From a virus (Duplodnaviria; Caudoviricetes): a stretch of DNA of 64,000 nucleotides. Location: the IMG/VR virus record IMGVR_UViG_3300042291_001013, one strand, 5' to 3'. Positions 11,295-21,286 of this stretch are shown piece by piece. The position numbers and the translations under genes were made by a program. Each line of letters starts with the position of its first letter. Position 1 is the first letter of the stretch. The notes below the pieces were generated by a model, which ran no database searches, was not told the DNA's origin, and saw nothing but the letters and a program-made list of their open reading frames with translations.

Positions 11295-12583
11295 ACAAGC
11301 CAGAAAATCTTTGTCTTGCTCCTTGGGTACACACATATCTAAGCCCGCAAACCGAACGGCGTATGTGCTGTGCCAGTCGTGAACCTGCACAGAACTTTGA
11401 ACAGTATATAGACACAGCCGCGGGAACCGGTCGATATATACCCGTGACTCTTGAGGCGCACTGGAACTCGGAGCACATGCGAAGTGTGCGCCGTAGAATG
11501 ATGAACGGGGAGACTCTCCCAGAATGCGAAGTATGCAATGATAAACTGCTTAACACATCCGTATATCGCGATTATTTTTCACAATTATTCGGAGCAAGAA
11601 CTGCTGAAGTATGGGATAACACTCTCCCAGATGGATCGACTAGTATGCGCCCTGTGTCATGGGATTATAGGTTCAGCAACTTGTGTAATTTTAAGTGCAG
11701 AACCTGTGGAGACATGTTATCAAGTGCATGGGAGTCAGAACAAAAGACCTGGAATATGGTTGATGTTTCAAACAGTAAAAACAATTGGATGGTGCCCGAG
11801 ATTCGCAAAGAAATATCTTTATTTCAAGACACGCAAATTGAAGCCGAATTTAATGATGCTGTGGAGCGTCATTCAGTAGAAGAGATCTACTGGGTAGGCG
11901 GGGAACCGCTGATGTATGAACAGCATTGGCGTTACATGAAAAGAATTATAGAATTAGGGGACGGGGACAAATTATATGCAAGGTACAATACTAATCTTAG
12001 TCGTGTGGATTATCGTGGTGTTAATCTTTTTCGGGATATTCTTGTTCATTGCCGTGACTGGCAAATCTGCGCCAGCCTTGACGGAACAGGAGAAATTGGA
12101 GAATACATACGCACAGGCCTGGACTATGGGATATTTTTAGAAAATTTCAAGCAAGGAGTACAATACGCAACAAACCGCAGACAAATGCGTCTTGATTTTA
12201 CTCTTACCCTGCCAGGCATGTTTGAAATACACAACATGGAACAATTGGCCGAAAGCATGGGTGTAGAGTTGTTGGCCAAGGTTATATTCTCATTTACCTC
12301 GGACATTGCAATGAGTCCATTGTGTTTGCCCCGTGAGTTGTTAATGCCCTGGATTGATGAACTGTACTCCGGTGCTTGCACACAGGTCATTCGAGACCTG
12401 CTACAACAGTTGGCCACAAGACCCACATTTGCAGAACAGTGGCCTGATCAATGGCAACAAGGCCTGCGCCAAGGCAAAGCTCGTGTGTTAAAACTGGAAC
12501 AAATAAGAACACAATCAGTCACAATGACTGACATTCTGGGCTCCCGTCCAGAAGTACTTAAATGGTGGATGCAAATTGCTTGA
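11291..12583 (+). CDS. Radical SAM protein with N-terminal SPASM/twitch domain
   Basis: CLAPW..MCC..CEVC; CNFKCRTC; VGGEP. Confidence 0.9.
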   Translation: MNKPENLCLAPWVHTYLSPQTERRMCCASREPAQNFEQYIDTAAGTGRYIPVTLEAHWNSEHMRSVRRRMMNGETLPECEVCNDKLLNTSVYRDYFSQLFGARTAEVWDNTLPDGSTSMRPVSWDYRFSNLCNFKCRTCGDMLSSAWESEQKTWNMVDVSNSKNNWMVPEIRKEISLFQDTQIEAEFNDAVERHSVEEIYWVGGEPLMYEQHWRYMKRIIELGDGDKLYARYNTNLSRVDYRGVNLFRDILVHCRDWQICASLDGTGEIGEYIRTGLDYGIFLENFKQGVQYATNRRQMRLDFTLTLPGMFEIHNMEQLAESMGVELLAKVIFSFTSDIAMSPLCLPRELLMPWIDELYSGACTQVIRDLLQQLATRPTFAEQWPDQWQQGLRQGKARVLKLEQIRTQSVTMTDILGSRPEVLKWWMQIA

Positions 12584-13619
12584 TCAAATCAAAATGACCC
12601 TACGTGGGAACCACAGTGAACTGGACGTTTACATAGACGTTGCTGACAACAGTCTCAGCCGCAAATGGCTGGTTGCGCTTAACAATCTGATAGCTCAAGA
12701 CTGTCATCTTGAAAAGAACTACTGCTGGATGGGCTGGACTGAAAGTGCAAGAAACGCTGAGTATCTATGCACACAGATCAATCGCAGTATACACGCAATC
12801 AATGCCAGCGACCTGGGCTACAGGATTGTAAACTGGTTCTCACCCGCCAATGTAATACAACCGGACCTTGATGTTGATCACGAGCGTATGAATCAGTTGC
12901 ACAGGTATTTTGAAGACCTACAGGGCTGGAGTGGCGGTATCAGCACGTACTATCAGCAGGCCACACCCGAAACACGCTGGCACATACGGCAGTTAAACTT
13001 GCTGTGCCATGAACTAGAAAATCTTGTGCTGAGCATGCGTAAAGTTGTACAAGCACCTGAATGGCGCCGCCCCAGCCAGCTGATGTGCTGGCTCAATGCA
13101 CCGCGTTTTGCGCTTGAAGAGTCTGATTACGAGTTGTTTGGTATTGATACAATCAACAGAAAGCTGGGCGGAGTCTACGTGGGTGTAAATAAAGCAGTGG
13201 GCAAGCACCACTGGGAGGTATTCAATGATGAAGGAAGAGACAGCAGGATTGCCGAATTGGTTACAACCGGACTTCGAGTCCAGACTGAAGCCGCTGGTGA
13301 CTTTGATATTGAATGGGCCCGTGATCCCGGCGCTTACCATTGGCAACAGCAAAAGCTCACGGAGTTCCGAGATTGGCTCCGAGCAAATGATTTTGATCCT
13401 GAGGAAAAAGCTCTCACTATTGGCCATCCGCAGGTTGCGCAAGTGGATCTTGAGCGAAGTTTTGGCACCCAGGATTATCAAGCAATCTGGCGCCAGCTAG
13501 CTGATCACATGGATGTGTATAAAATTCAAACTGCTGATGCCAAAGCTACATATGAGTATCGCTGGAGTGATCCAGACTATGCAGATCAACAAATAAGGAA
13601 ACTATCATGCACTGGTTAA
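12576..13619 (+). CDS. Hypothetical protein (347 aa) in the radical SAM operon
   Basis: Long ORF overlapping both neighbours; no motif recognised. Confidence 0.7.
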   Translation: MLDQIKMTLRGNHSELDVYIDVADNSLSRKWLVALNNLIAQDCHLEKNYCWMGWTESARNAEYLCTQINRSIHAINASDLGYRIVNWFSPANVIQPDLDVDHERMNQLHRYFEDLQGWSGGISTYYQQATPETRWHIRQLNLLCHELENLVLSMRKVVQAPEWRRPSQLMCWLNAPRFALEESDYELFGIDTINRKLGGVYVGVNKAVGKHHWEVFNDEGRDSRIAELVTTGLRVQTEAAGDFDIEWARDPGAYHWQQQKLTEFRDWLRANDFDPEEKALTIGHPQVAQVDLERSFGTQDYQAIWRQLADHMDVYKIQTADAKATYEYRWSDPDYADQQIRKLSCTG

Positions 13620-13708
13620 GAAAAATTTGGGACAGAATCACACTAGAGATTCGCTATCGTAAAAAACTAAAAGAACTGCGCAAAAGAGATCCGTTTATCT
13701 ACAAATGA
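13607..13708 (+). CDS. 33-aa basic peptide MHWLRKIWDRITLEIRYRKKLKELRKRDPFIYK
   Basis: Below ORF-track cutoff; AAGGAA upstream; ATGA overlap with the carbamoyltransferase start. Confidence 0.65.
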   Translation: MHWLRKIWDRITLEIRYRKKLKELRKRDPFIYK

Positions 13709-15195
13709 AACACATACTTGGAGTCAGTGCTGGCTTTCATGATGCGGCCCTGACCTTAATCAACGATCATGGTGACATTGAGTTTGCTGGACACAGCGAA
13801 CGCTACAGCAAACTCAAAAACGATGAAAATTTATCATTGGGGTTACTGCACGAAGTAACCAAATACAATATACAGCACATAGCCTACTACGAAAGACCCT
13901 GGGCCAAACAGCTACGACAACTGTACGCAGGTCAAGGGATTGAGTGGAACAAACTGACTGCAAAGCAGATACTAACCCAGCAGATTGGTCAAGAGTTTGG
14001 TGCATTTCCCAGTGACAGAATCAGCACACACAATCATCATTTATCGCATGCGGCGGCTGGATTTCAGACCAGCACATTTGATCGTGCCACTGTGGTGGTA
14101 ATTGACGCTATAGGTGAATGGGACACAATATCAATCTGGGGAGCAGAATATGATTCAAAAGGTCAAGCAGTTTATAAGCGATTGTGGAAACAAACTTACC
14201 CACATTCCATCGGACTCTTTTATAGTGCAATCACTAGCCGCGTTGGCCTACGCCCACTAGACGAAGAATACATTACCATGGGCATGGCAGCCTGGGGCAA
14301 ACCCGCCTGGTACGAAAGCATGAGCATGGCCGTGGTCAAAGACTTAAAGTCAGTGACCATGCACAACAACCATCACACTGGTTTCCCAGACACGTTCCTT
14401 GAAGCCGCCACCAATGAAGACATTGCTTGTGCCGCGCAAATAGTTGCTGAAGATCTAATTGGGCAGGTAATGCAACGTGCTCGTGACTTCAAGTGGAGCA
14501 GTAACCTTGTGTACATGGGCGGTGTGGCGCTGAACTGTTTGGCCAATAGAAACCTGGGCAAATGGTTTGATAGTATTTGGATTATGCCTTGTCCCGGCGA
14601 TGCTGGATCAAGTCTTGGTGCCGCGGCTCTGGTGCATGGCGGACAGATCAACTGGGTCAATGCTTATCTTGGACACAATATACCTGGTAAGTATCCGGTA
14701 CAAGCATTGTTAGACGAATTGGTAACCAATCGCATTGCTGGAGTGGCATCAGGTAGAGCTGAGTTTGGGCCACGTGCTCTGGGCAATAGAAGCTTGCTGG
14801 CCGACCCCAGAGGCAGTAGAATCAAGGATCAAGTAAATGGAATTAAACGCAGACAACAATTCAGACCCTTTGCGCCTGTTATTCTGGAGGAGCTGGTTGA
14901 CATGTACTTTGATATGCCTAGTGGTTTCAGTAACAGTAGGTACATGCAGTCAATCGCTCGTTGCAGGCATCCTGACTTATTTCCTGCTATCATTCACGTT
15001 GACGGCACTAGTCGTGTACAAACAGTACCGCGTGATGGGTCAGGCATACGAAAACTGCTAGAAGCATGGTATGACTTGACTGGGTGCCCAATGCTGTTGA
15101 ACACTAGTTTGAACATACGTGGTGAGCCCATGGTTAATGATCGTGCAGATGCTGACCGCTTTGAACAATTATACGGGGTGCGAGTGTTTTCATGA
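13705..15195 (+). CDS. O-carbamoyltransferase (NodU/CmcH/TobZ family)
   Basis: FHDAA, HHLSHAA, DAIGE, EFGPRALGNRS, FRPFAP, LLNTSLN. Confidence 0.92.
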   Translation: MKHILGVSAGFHDAALTLINDHGDIEFAGHSERYSKLKNDENLSLGLLHEVTKYNIQHIAYYERPWAKQLRQLYAGQGIEWNKLTAKQILTQQIGQEFGAFPSDRISTHNHHLSHAAAGFQTSTFDRATVVVIDAIGEWDTISIWGAEYDSKGQAVYKRLWKQTYPHSIGLFYSAITSRVGLRPLDEEYITMGMAAWGKPAWYESMSMAVVKDLKSVTMHNNHHTGFPDTFLEAATNEDIACAAQIVAEDLIGQVMQRARDFKWSSNLVYMGGVALNCLANRNLGKWFDSIWIMPCPGDAGSSLGAAALVHGGQINWVNAYLGHNIPGKYPVQALLDELVTNRIAGVASGRAEFGPRALGNRSLLADPRGSRIKDQVNGIKRRQQFRPFAPVILEELVDMYFDMPSGFSNSRYMQSIARCRHPDLFPAIIHVDGTSRVQTVPRDGSGIRKLLEAWYDLTGCPMLLNTSLNIRGEPMVNDRADADRFEQLYGVRVFS

Positions 15196-15761
15196 ACGTA
15201 ACCAGAGTATCACTGCCAACCAAGAGCCAGGTGTTGATTCTTGAAGACTTTTTCCCACAACATACTTTGCAACACTTGCACGACTTGTGCAGGGAATGGC
15301 ATCCAACACTGAATACTGATTGGGTGCAACCTTATGAGTTTGCCGGGCGTCCTAGATGGAACTATCAAGGCAATCATCATGGGTGGCAAGAAGCCAAATT
15401 ATTCATGAGCAGTGAACATGTGCTGAGCAGACTGCAAGGCGAAATACAAAGCGACCGCTTGGCTTTTGACAGTGCAGTGATGTGGATGGATCAAGCGGGC
15501 TTTGGTACCTTAGGCCCGCATCAAGAAAACAGCGGCACGTATCTTGCACAGATTTACCTAGCTGAAACAGAGCATCCTTACACAGGCACAACCATACACA
15601 ACAGCAACAAACAGATCTTGTTTCAGTTGCCCTATCGTGACAACATGGGCTGGTTCTTTGACACTGGACGTACAGTAATGCATGGTAGAGAACACGATGT
15701 TCCCGAAGGTATCAACAGATTTACCTTGATGGCTTGGTTCAAGCCGTTAGTTGAGGGTTAA
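15192..15761 (+). CDS. Putative 2OG-Fe(II) oxygenase
   Basis: PHQE..MHG..RFTL resembles the HxD/E..H..R facial triad pattern. Confidence 0.55.
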   Translation: MNVTRVSLPTKSQVLILEDFFPQHTLQHLHDLCREWHPTLNTDWVQPYEFAGRPRWNYQGNHHGWQEAKLFMSSEHVLSRLQGEIQSDRLAFDSAVMWMDQAGFGTLGPHQENSGTYLAQIYLAETEHPYTGTTIHNSNKQILFQLPYRDNMGWFFDTGRTVMHGREHDVPEGINRFTLMAWFKPLVEG

Positions 15762-16798
15762 AGATAAGACTCTAGTCCGCCACGACGTCGGATATCTTGT
15801 GTACAGCAACTAATACCACCATCCCAGAAATAGCTGTGACGCAGTTCTGAAATAATGGGATTGATACGATGTTTTTTACAGTAGTCAAACACTTCTTTGT
15901 TGTAGGCTGAGAAGATAACATTTTCTTCGTCTAGAACCAAGCAGTTCACATCAAACACAGTTTCAGCAACAAAGCCAGTCCACTTGGTTAGATAAGTGTC
16001 CACAAACTGTGTGAACTCAGGAGTGGGTGTTTGTCCTTGCACATACCAAGCACCGGGTGATTGTTCATACTTGAACTTGCCCACTTCCATTGCGGCCCAG
16101 ATTGAGCTATCCCAAATCTTGCACACATCCCAGCCCGGGAAGTCACGGGCTAGATCCAAGTTAACATCGTGCTTTGAACTCAGCAACACTCCGGGCTTGA
16201 GAATAGCAAACACAGCGTCGCCATGGCCATCAGTGATAGCTTCATGGATCCGATATTCAGGACCTAGCACATTGTCCACAATCCAACGAGTCTGTTCAGG
16301 CTTTAGGAAGTCTGAGTTATCAAAGAATACATCACGGCCAACACGAACAATACAGCTGGCACTTGCACCGTTGAGTATGCAATTTTCATCCCAGCCTGTG
16401 GGGCCGTGTGGGTTGATGACTGATCCCGGTTGCGCAGTTTCGTATTCATTGCATATACCATCCAGTTCTTGCATGGCCAACACACGCAACAGTTTGTCAC
16501 CAAGCGTGATTTGCCAGTCTCTGGGAGTAAGTGGTGGAAGTGCTACCCCACTTCCACTAACTTGATTTTCTTGAAACCAGTCTTTATTGGGTAGGTCTGG
16601 TCGTCGAACTCGAGCACCCGACTTTTCTATTGTTTTCTGCAAGTTGGTAAGGTCTTCCGCAGTCTCAGCAAGGATTTGCTGAAGTTGGTTGCGCACTTGT
16701 GCGTTTTCTATGAAGTCAAAGTAATCAGGTGTGTACGCACGGCCTACAATGACTTCTTCAAGTGGCTGCCAACTGGTGTAAGAGTTAATAGGATTCAT
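15758..16798 (-). CDS. Amidinotransferase (GATM/StrB1 family)
   Basis: NSYTSWQPLEEVIVG, PRD, GHGD, GGISCCTQD. Confidence 0.85.
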   Translation of the reverse strand: MNPINSYTSWQPLEEVIVGRAYTPDYFDFIENAQVRNQLQQILAETAEDLTNLQKTIEKSGARVRRPDLPNKDWFQENQVSGSGVALPPLTPRDWQITLGDKLLRVLAMQELDGICNEYETAQPGSVINPHGPTGWDENCILNGASASCIVRVGRDVFFDNSDFLKPEQTRWIVDNVLGPEYRIHEAITDGHGDAVFAILKPGVLLSSKHDVNLDLARDFPGWDVCKIWDSSIWAAMEVGKFKYEQSPGAWYVQGQTPTPEFTQFVDTYLTKWTGFVAETVFDVNCLVLDEENVIFSAYNKEVFDYCKKHRINPIISELRHSYFWDGGISCCTQDIRRRGGLESYL

Positions 16799-17966
16799 TT
16801 AGTTGCTCGAGTAGAATATTTAAGCGTTGTGTCTTGTGTTGTAAAAATAACTGCTGGTTGTGTTCTATGTCTGCTCTAGAAACTTCAAAGCGATCCTTTA
16901 ACCGGTATTGTGATTGTTCAATGGCACCGCACAATTTTTTCCAGCGTTCGGTGTGATCGGGAATACGATCATATGAGTTATCAAGTATAGTATCAAACAC
17001 CCGATAGCCCATATCCCGTAGCAGTTGCAAGCTACCCGCAGGACCAGCAATAAAGAATAACTGCCCATGCTTGATGGGCTTGAACGTTTTTTCTGTTAGG
17101 AATATACCTGCACAACCATCTGCATCAAAGTGTGTTTCCATCACAATGTTACAGTATGCATTGGCAAAGTACTTGGGCTCTTGTATGCTGTGGTTGTTGC
17201 GTTGCTCCATACTGAGCTCATCGCTGATATACGGTGCCCCTGCAAGAAACTGATCAGTATCCGCACGTAAGTTTTTGAATGCATCTATTTGTATGGGATT
17301 GTCTGCATCTACTATACTGCCAGTTTCGCAATAACTCCAGTAGGAGTTTGATAGTAGTCCTTGACGATGCATGTCTGCCATTGCAGTAGCACGCCAGCTC
17401 TTGTGCAATCGGTTCAGCACCGTGAAGTCACGCTCACGTGGCTCAGCATGTATCTTCATTGCAGGCACGTGCTCGTTGCGTTGCCAGTACCATAACTCAA
17501 AGTCATTGAAATAAACAAAATCAGGAATATCACGTGCGGCTGTATTGGCACCGACAAACACATAACATCTCTTGGGCAATTGATGTTGTTCAGCTAGAGC
17601 ATCCAGTCTTTGTTTTATACGTTTAGGATTGTCTCCTTCGTGGTAATAAAACAATATGCGAATATGACTATGCCATAACTCAGTAAACACACGCTCAGGC
17701 AACAGATCAAAATAGTCTATGCCAAAATCAAAGAATCCCAGACCTATTGGATAAAACGCATCAGCTGGCCAAGCACTTGACAAGTCCACAATGTTTAGTT
17801 TAACGTTGTGGTGATCGCAATATTCTTGCAATCGCAAAGGAATGGTGTAAGGCCAGTGTGAGCCAAACTCACGCCAGCTGTGTGTATATGGTCTGCCTTC
17901 GTGTTGAGCAAACGCAGGGTATATTTTACCCTTGACTATTCGGTCCGCTATCAGTGTCAATGCCAT
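16785..17966 (-). CDS. GT10-like TEK-motif protein
   Basis: CNIVMET..FLTEKTFKP..GYRVFD..DNSYD. Confidence 0.55.
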   Translation of the reverse strand: MALTLIADRIVKGKIYPAFAQHEGRPYTHSWREFGSHWPYTIPLRLQEYCDHHNVKLNIVDLSSAWPADAFYPIGLGFFDFGIDYFDLLPERVFTELWHSHIRILFYYHEGDNPKRIKQRLDALAEQHQLPKRCYVFVGANTAARDIPDFVYFNDFELWYWQRNEHVPAMKIHAEPRERDFTVLNRLHKSWRATAMADMHRQGLLSNSYWSYCETGSIVDADNPIQIDAFKNLRADTDQFLAGAPYISDELSMEQRNNHSIQEPKYFANAYCNIVMETHFDADGCAGIFLTEKTFKPIKHGQLFFIAGPAGSLQLLRDMGYRVFDTILDNSYDRIPDHTERWKKLCGAIEQSQYRLKDRFEVSRADIEHNQQLFLQHKTQRLNILLEQLNESY

Positions 17967-19068
17967 TCAACATCTCCTTTAGTTCGTCCCACAAAACAGC
18001 TTCAAACCCGCCACCATAAAAGTGATTCCAGTTGTGCTCTATAACTTCTTGTGCGGCTTCAAACAAGTCTTGTTTGCCTTCTGGGGGCAACTCGTCCAAG
18101 CTACGCAACAAACTGGCAATGCGCTCAATCCGAACATCATCTTTAGCGTTATCATAGCTTTCGTCCCAGATGCCTTCAAACGTGCGGAATCCATAACTGC
18201 GCAAGTACGCAAGACTGCCTTGAGTGCCCACAATCACAAACGGCATGCCCAGGGCAATTGGCTTGAAAGTCTTTTCAGTGATGTGATGTCTACGTCCTGT
18301 GGCCACAGTTTCTGTCACAAGATACAATAGACTTTCAGCCGACTGATCAAACAAACTTAACCAGCATGAATGCATGGGATGATCTGTTTCGTCCTTGAAG
18401 TTCATGGGCAATGGTGCATTGGCAAACACAGTTTCAATATCAGGATATTTTGCAACCAAGGGCCGGACTGCATCCAGAATGCTGATGTTTTCTGCCGGAC
18501 AAGTTTCTGGACAACTAATATGATTGTCTAGCATGCCGTTACGGAATATGTGATACAACACTTCTAGTCTGTGCTGGCGTTCACCTGCAATGATACGATT
18601 GGGTGCAATGAACGTTTTGGTTATGATTCTTTTGTGCCATGGCTGGATCAAAAACGTTTTGTCGTAGCCACGATACCAATCCAATGCGGCCCAGCCATGA
18701 AAGAAATAGTACATTGGTTTCCACCGATATTGGGCACAAAGCGTGTCTACATTGTCACTGTCACGTTCGCTGGTCAGTAAGTATCCGCCCGGATCAGTTT
18801 GTGGGTTAGTTGGGCCATTTTTGTGAGTGATATCTTTGTTCCTACGTTGCACTTCATCAAAAGTGGGCATGTGTATGTTCAAATGAATAGGCTCTTGGTC
18901 AAAAAAGAATATATAATTGTGTTCGTGTACATCATCTCTACCATAATTAACAACACTGTCAGGGTCACTACGACCAAAAGGGTCACACACAAACGCTCTA
19001 ACTCCAGGACGATTATCTCGGATCCAAGGCCAAAAAGTGTTGTTGTAAATTTCATCTATTCTAAGCAT
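17926..19068 (-). CDS. GT10-like TEK-motif protein
   Basis: YLVTET..ITEKTFKP..GFRTF..DESYD. Confidence 0.55.
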   Translation of the reverse strand: MLRIDEIYNNTFWPWIRDNRPGVRAFVCDPFGRSDPDSVVNYGRDDVHEHNYIFFFDQEPIHLNIHMPTFDEVQRRNKDITHKNGPTNPQTDPGGYLLTSERDSDNVDTLCAQYRWKPMYYFFHGWAALDWYRGYDKTFLIQPWHKRIITKTFIAPNRIIAGERQHRLEVLYHIFRNGMLDNHISCPETCPAENISILDAVRPLVAKYPDIETVFANAPLPMNFKDETDHPMHSCWLSLFDQSAESLLYLVTETVATGRRHHITEKTFKPIALGMPFVIVGTQGSLAYLRSYGFRTFEGIWDESYDNAKDDVRIERIASLLRSLDELPPEGKQDLFEAAQEVIEHNWNHFYGGGFEAVLWDELKEMLNGIDTDSGPNSQG

Positions 19069-21286
19069 GTTTGACGTTTTCTATTCAGGGAAGAAGCCTA
19101 ATTGTTTTGCGCATGAGCGTGAAGCAAAAAGCCTTGAGCATGCACAACAGTTGAGTCGCACTAGATACTTCTGGTGGATCTCATACTTATGTGATTATAG
19201 CACATTCAACTGGGATTTTCAACCACCACCTTGGCAAGCAGAGTACACACACGCATGGCCCAGTAACTTCTATGATTTTTCTGGCACGTATCTTGTGCCT
19301 CGGTCAGGTGCCATTGACTATCACTTCCATACCAAAACAATACCCAATCAAGACAGACCCATGGAGTTTACGGACCTGGTACAGTCCTGTGTGTTTGACA
19401 CAGCATGGTCGCCACACCCCATGGATCCGCCTTATATCTATGTGTTTGGTAATCAGTGGTATCCTGCAGAAAAAATGCCCACTGTGGAATATCATGTGCC
19501 GGGTGCAACACAACGCAAGTACATGAGTCAGCCCAAGGCTAAACTACTGGAACGGCATGACAATCACTGGCATACTCGAATAGACTGTGAGTGGGATTAC
19601 TCCTGGCGCCCTGATCCTGGTGACCCGCCCTTGATCTATGTGTTTGGCAATCAGTGGTGGCCAGCTGAAAAGATGCCTACTGTGGAGTACACCGTACCGG
19701 GTGCAACTGATCGCAAGTACATGAGCTGGCCACGTGCGCAGTTGTTGCCCGATCACACAAACTGGACCATCCCTGATAACATTGCCTGGACTGATGTAGA
19801 TACTTCATGGGCACCAGATCCTGGTGATCCACCTTACCGCTATCAATTTGCCACTCAGCATCAAAAAACAGGCGGGCCAGTGTACACAGTACCGGGTGCA
19901 ACAGAAACAAAATATCTAGCTGAACTAAAGATACGCACAGTGGGCAAAACCACAGCAGTTGTTGAAATAGATCACTTGGATGGTGCCGCAGGTGCTATTC
20001 CCAACACCGCCAAGCGAGTGCGGTACTTTGACAACTATCGCGACACCCTGGTACGTATTGCAAAGAGCTTGGCCAATGAACATGAATATATCTGGGTGTG
20101 CAGTAGCATTTGTGACTACACAGACTTTGACTTCTCCTGGCACCCTGAACAATGGCAAGCCACAATGCTTCATGTGTTTGCTAGCGACGGCGAGAAGTTT
20201 GGGGACACATTCTTCATGCACGTTCCCACCTTTGCTGAGTACGGAGACCGCAAAGCCTTGCTGGAATGGTATGATGTGAACTTTGTCACAACCAGCGTAC
20301 CACGTAGACCCATGCCAGTAATTGTGCATGATTACGATAGCCAAGCCGAAGCAGTTCAAACATTACCATTTGATGGTCCGCTAGCATTGTATACCACAAC
20401 AGATTTTGTGTCGGGCAACTTGGCCACAGTCCCGTTATGGCGAACAGAAACCAAAACTATTGTGCCACTCAGTGCAGGTGCAACATCAGTAATTGTGCCC
20501 AAAACAGCAGTAGGTGATATCCGTACACAGTTGTATGATTACCCTTTCATAGACCGAACACATCGTATATTAAAGGAACAGCCCTTGGACATTGTGTTTA
20601 TATCCAATGGTGAACCCAATGCCAAGTCTAATTATTTGCAGATGACAATGTATCTGGCCAACGAGTCAAGGTACACAAACCGCGTTCATGTGGTAGAAGG
20701 AGTAAATGGACGGGTGGCAGCATATCATGCTGCCGCTAGAGCCAGCACTACGCCTTGGTTCTTTGCTGTGTTTGCCAAGCTAGAAGTGACTCAAATGTTT
20801 GATTGGACCTGGCAACCTGATCGTATGCAACAAGCCAAGCACTATATCTTTCATGCTGGTAATCCTGTGAATGGATTAGTGTACGGTCACCAGGCCATGA
20901 TTGCGTACAATAAAAAACTGGCATTAGAGAACACAGGTGTTGGGTTAGATTTTACACTGGATCAAGCACACGAAGTTGTGCCTATTCTTAGTGGCACGGC
21001 CAACTATGCTGAAACACCTTGGATGGCTTGGCGTACAGCTTTCCGTGAAGCACTCAAACTACGTGCAAGTTTGCCCGACGTGGAAAATGAATATAGACTA
21101 AAGGTCTGGTTAAAAGAAGATTCTGGCACCATTGCCCATGGACACTGGAGTCATAAAGGTGCACAGGATGCGGTGGAGTTTTATGAAGAAGTCAACGGTG
21201 ATCCCACTGAACTCCGCAAGAGCTACGAGTGGGCGTGGCTAGCAAGCTATGCGTTCTTCAAACGCAGTCTAGCACCTGATCAATGA
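19067..21286 (+). CDS. Large glycosyltransferase-like protein with internal repeats
   Basis: C-terminal DIVFIS..VNGRVAAYHAAA..AWRTAFRE domain; three Pro/aromatic repeats. Confidence 0.6.
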   Translation: MFDVFYSGKKPNCFAHEREAKSLEHAQQLSRTRYFWWISYLCDYSTFNWDFQPPPWQAEYTHAWPSNFYDFSGTYLVPRSGAIDYHFHTKTIPNQDRPMEFTDLVQSCVFDTAWSPHPMDPPYIYVFGNQWYPAEKMPTVEYHVPGATQRKYMSQPKAKLLERHDNHWHTRIDCEWDYSWRPDPGDPPLIYVFGNQWWPAEKMPTVEYTVPGATDRKYMSWPRAQLLPDHTNWTIPDNIAWTDVDTSWAPDPGDPPYRYQFATQHQKTGGPVYTVPGATETKYLAELKIRTVGKTTAVVEIDHLDGAAGAIPNTAKRVRYFDNYRDTLVRIAKSLANEHEYIWVCSSICDYTDFDFSWHPEQWQATMLHVFASDGEKFGDTFFMHVPTFAEYGDRKALLEWYDVNFVTTSVPRRPMPVIVHDYDSQAEAVQTLPFDGPLALYTTTDFVSGNLATVPLWRTETKTIVPLSAGATSVIVPKTAVGDIRTQLYDYPFIDRTHRILKEQPLDIVFISNGEPNAKSNYLQMTMYLANESRYTNRVHVVEGVNGRVAAYHAAARASTTPWFFAVFAKLEVTQMFDWTWQPDRMQQAKHYIFHAGNPVNGLVYGHQAMIAYNKKLALENTGVGLDFTLDQAHEVVPILSGTANYAETPWMAWRTAFREALKLRASLPDVENEYRLKVWLKEDSGTIAHGHWSHKGAQDAVEFYEEVNGDPTELRKSYEWAWLASYAFFKRSLAPDQ
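19406..19920 (+). repeat. Three coding repeats W.P.P.DPP...PAEKMPTVEY.VPGAT..KY
   Basis: Units start at 19406, 19604 and 19808 (periods 66 and 68 codons); the third is more diverged. Confidence 0.9.

Noticed and set aside
15996-16565. 189-aa plus-strand ORF (and other antisense shadow ORFs such as 28327-28872 and 54573-55241)
   Set aside because: Fully antisense to well-supported genes, with no motifs.
19406-19920. CRISPR array or intergenic tandem repeat
   Set aside because: The repeats are in-frame coding units of about 200 nt with synonymous divergence; no CRISPR array or cas gene seen in the window.
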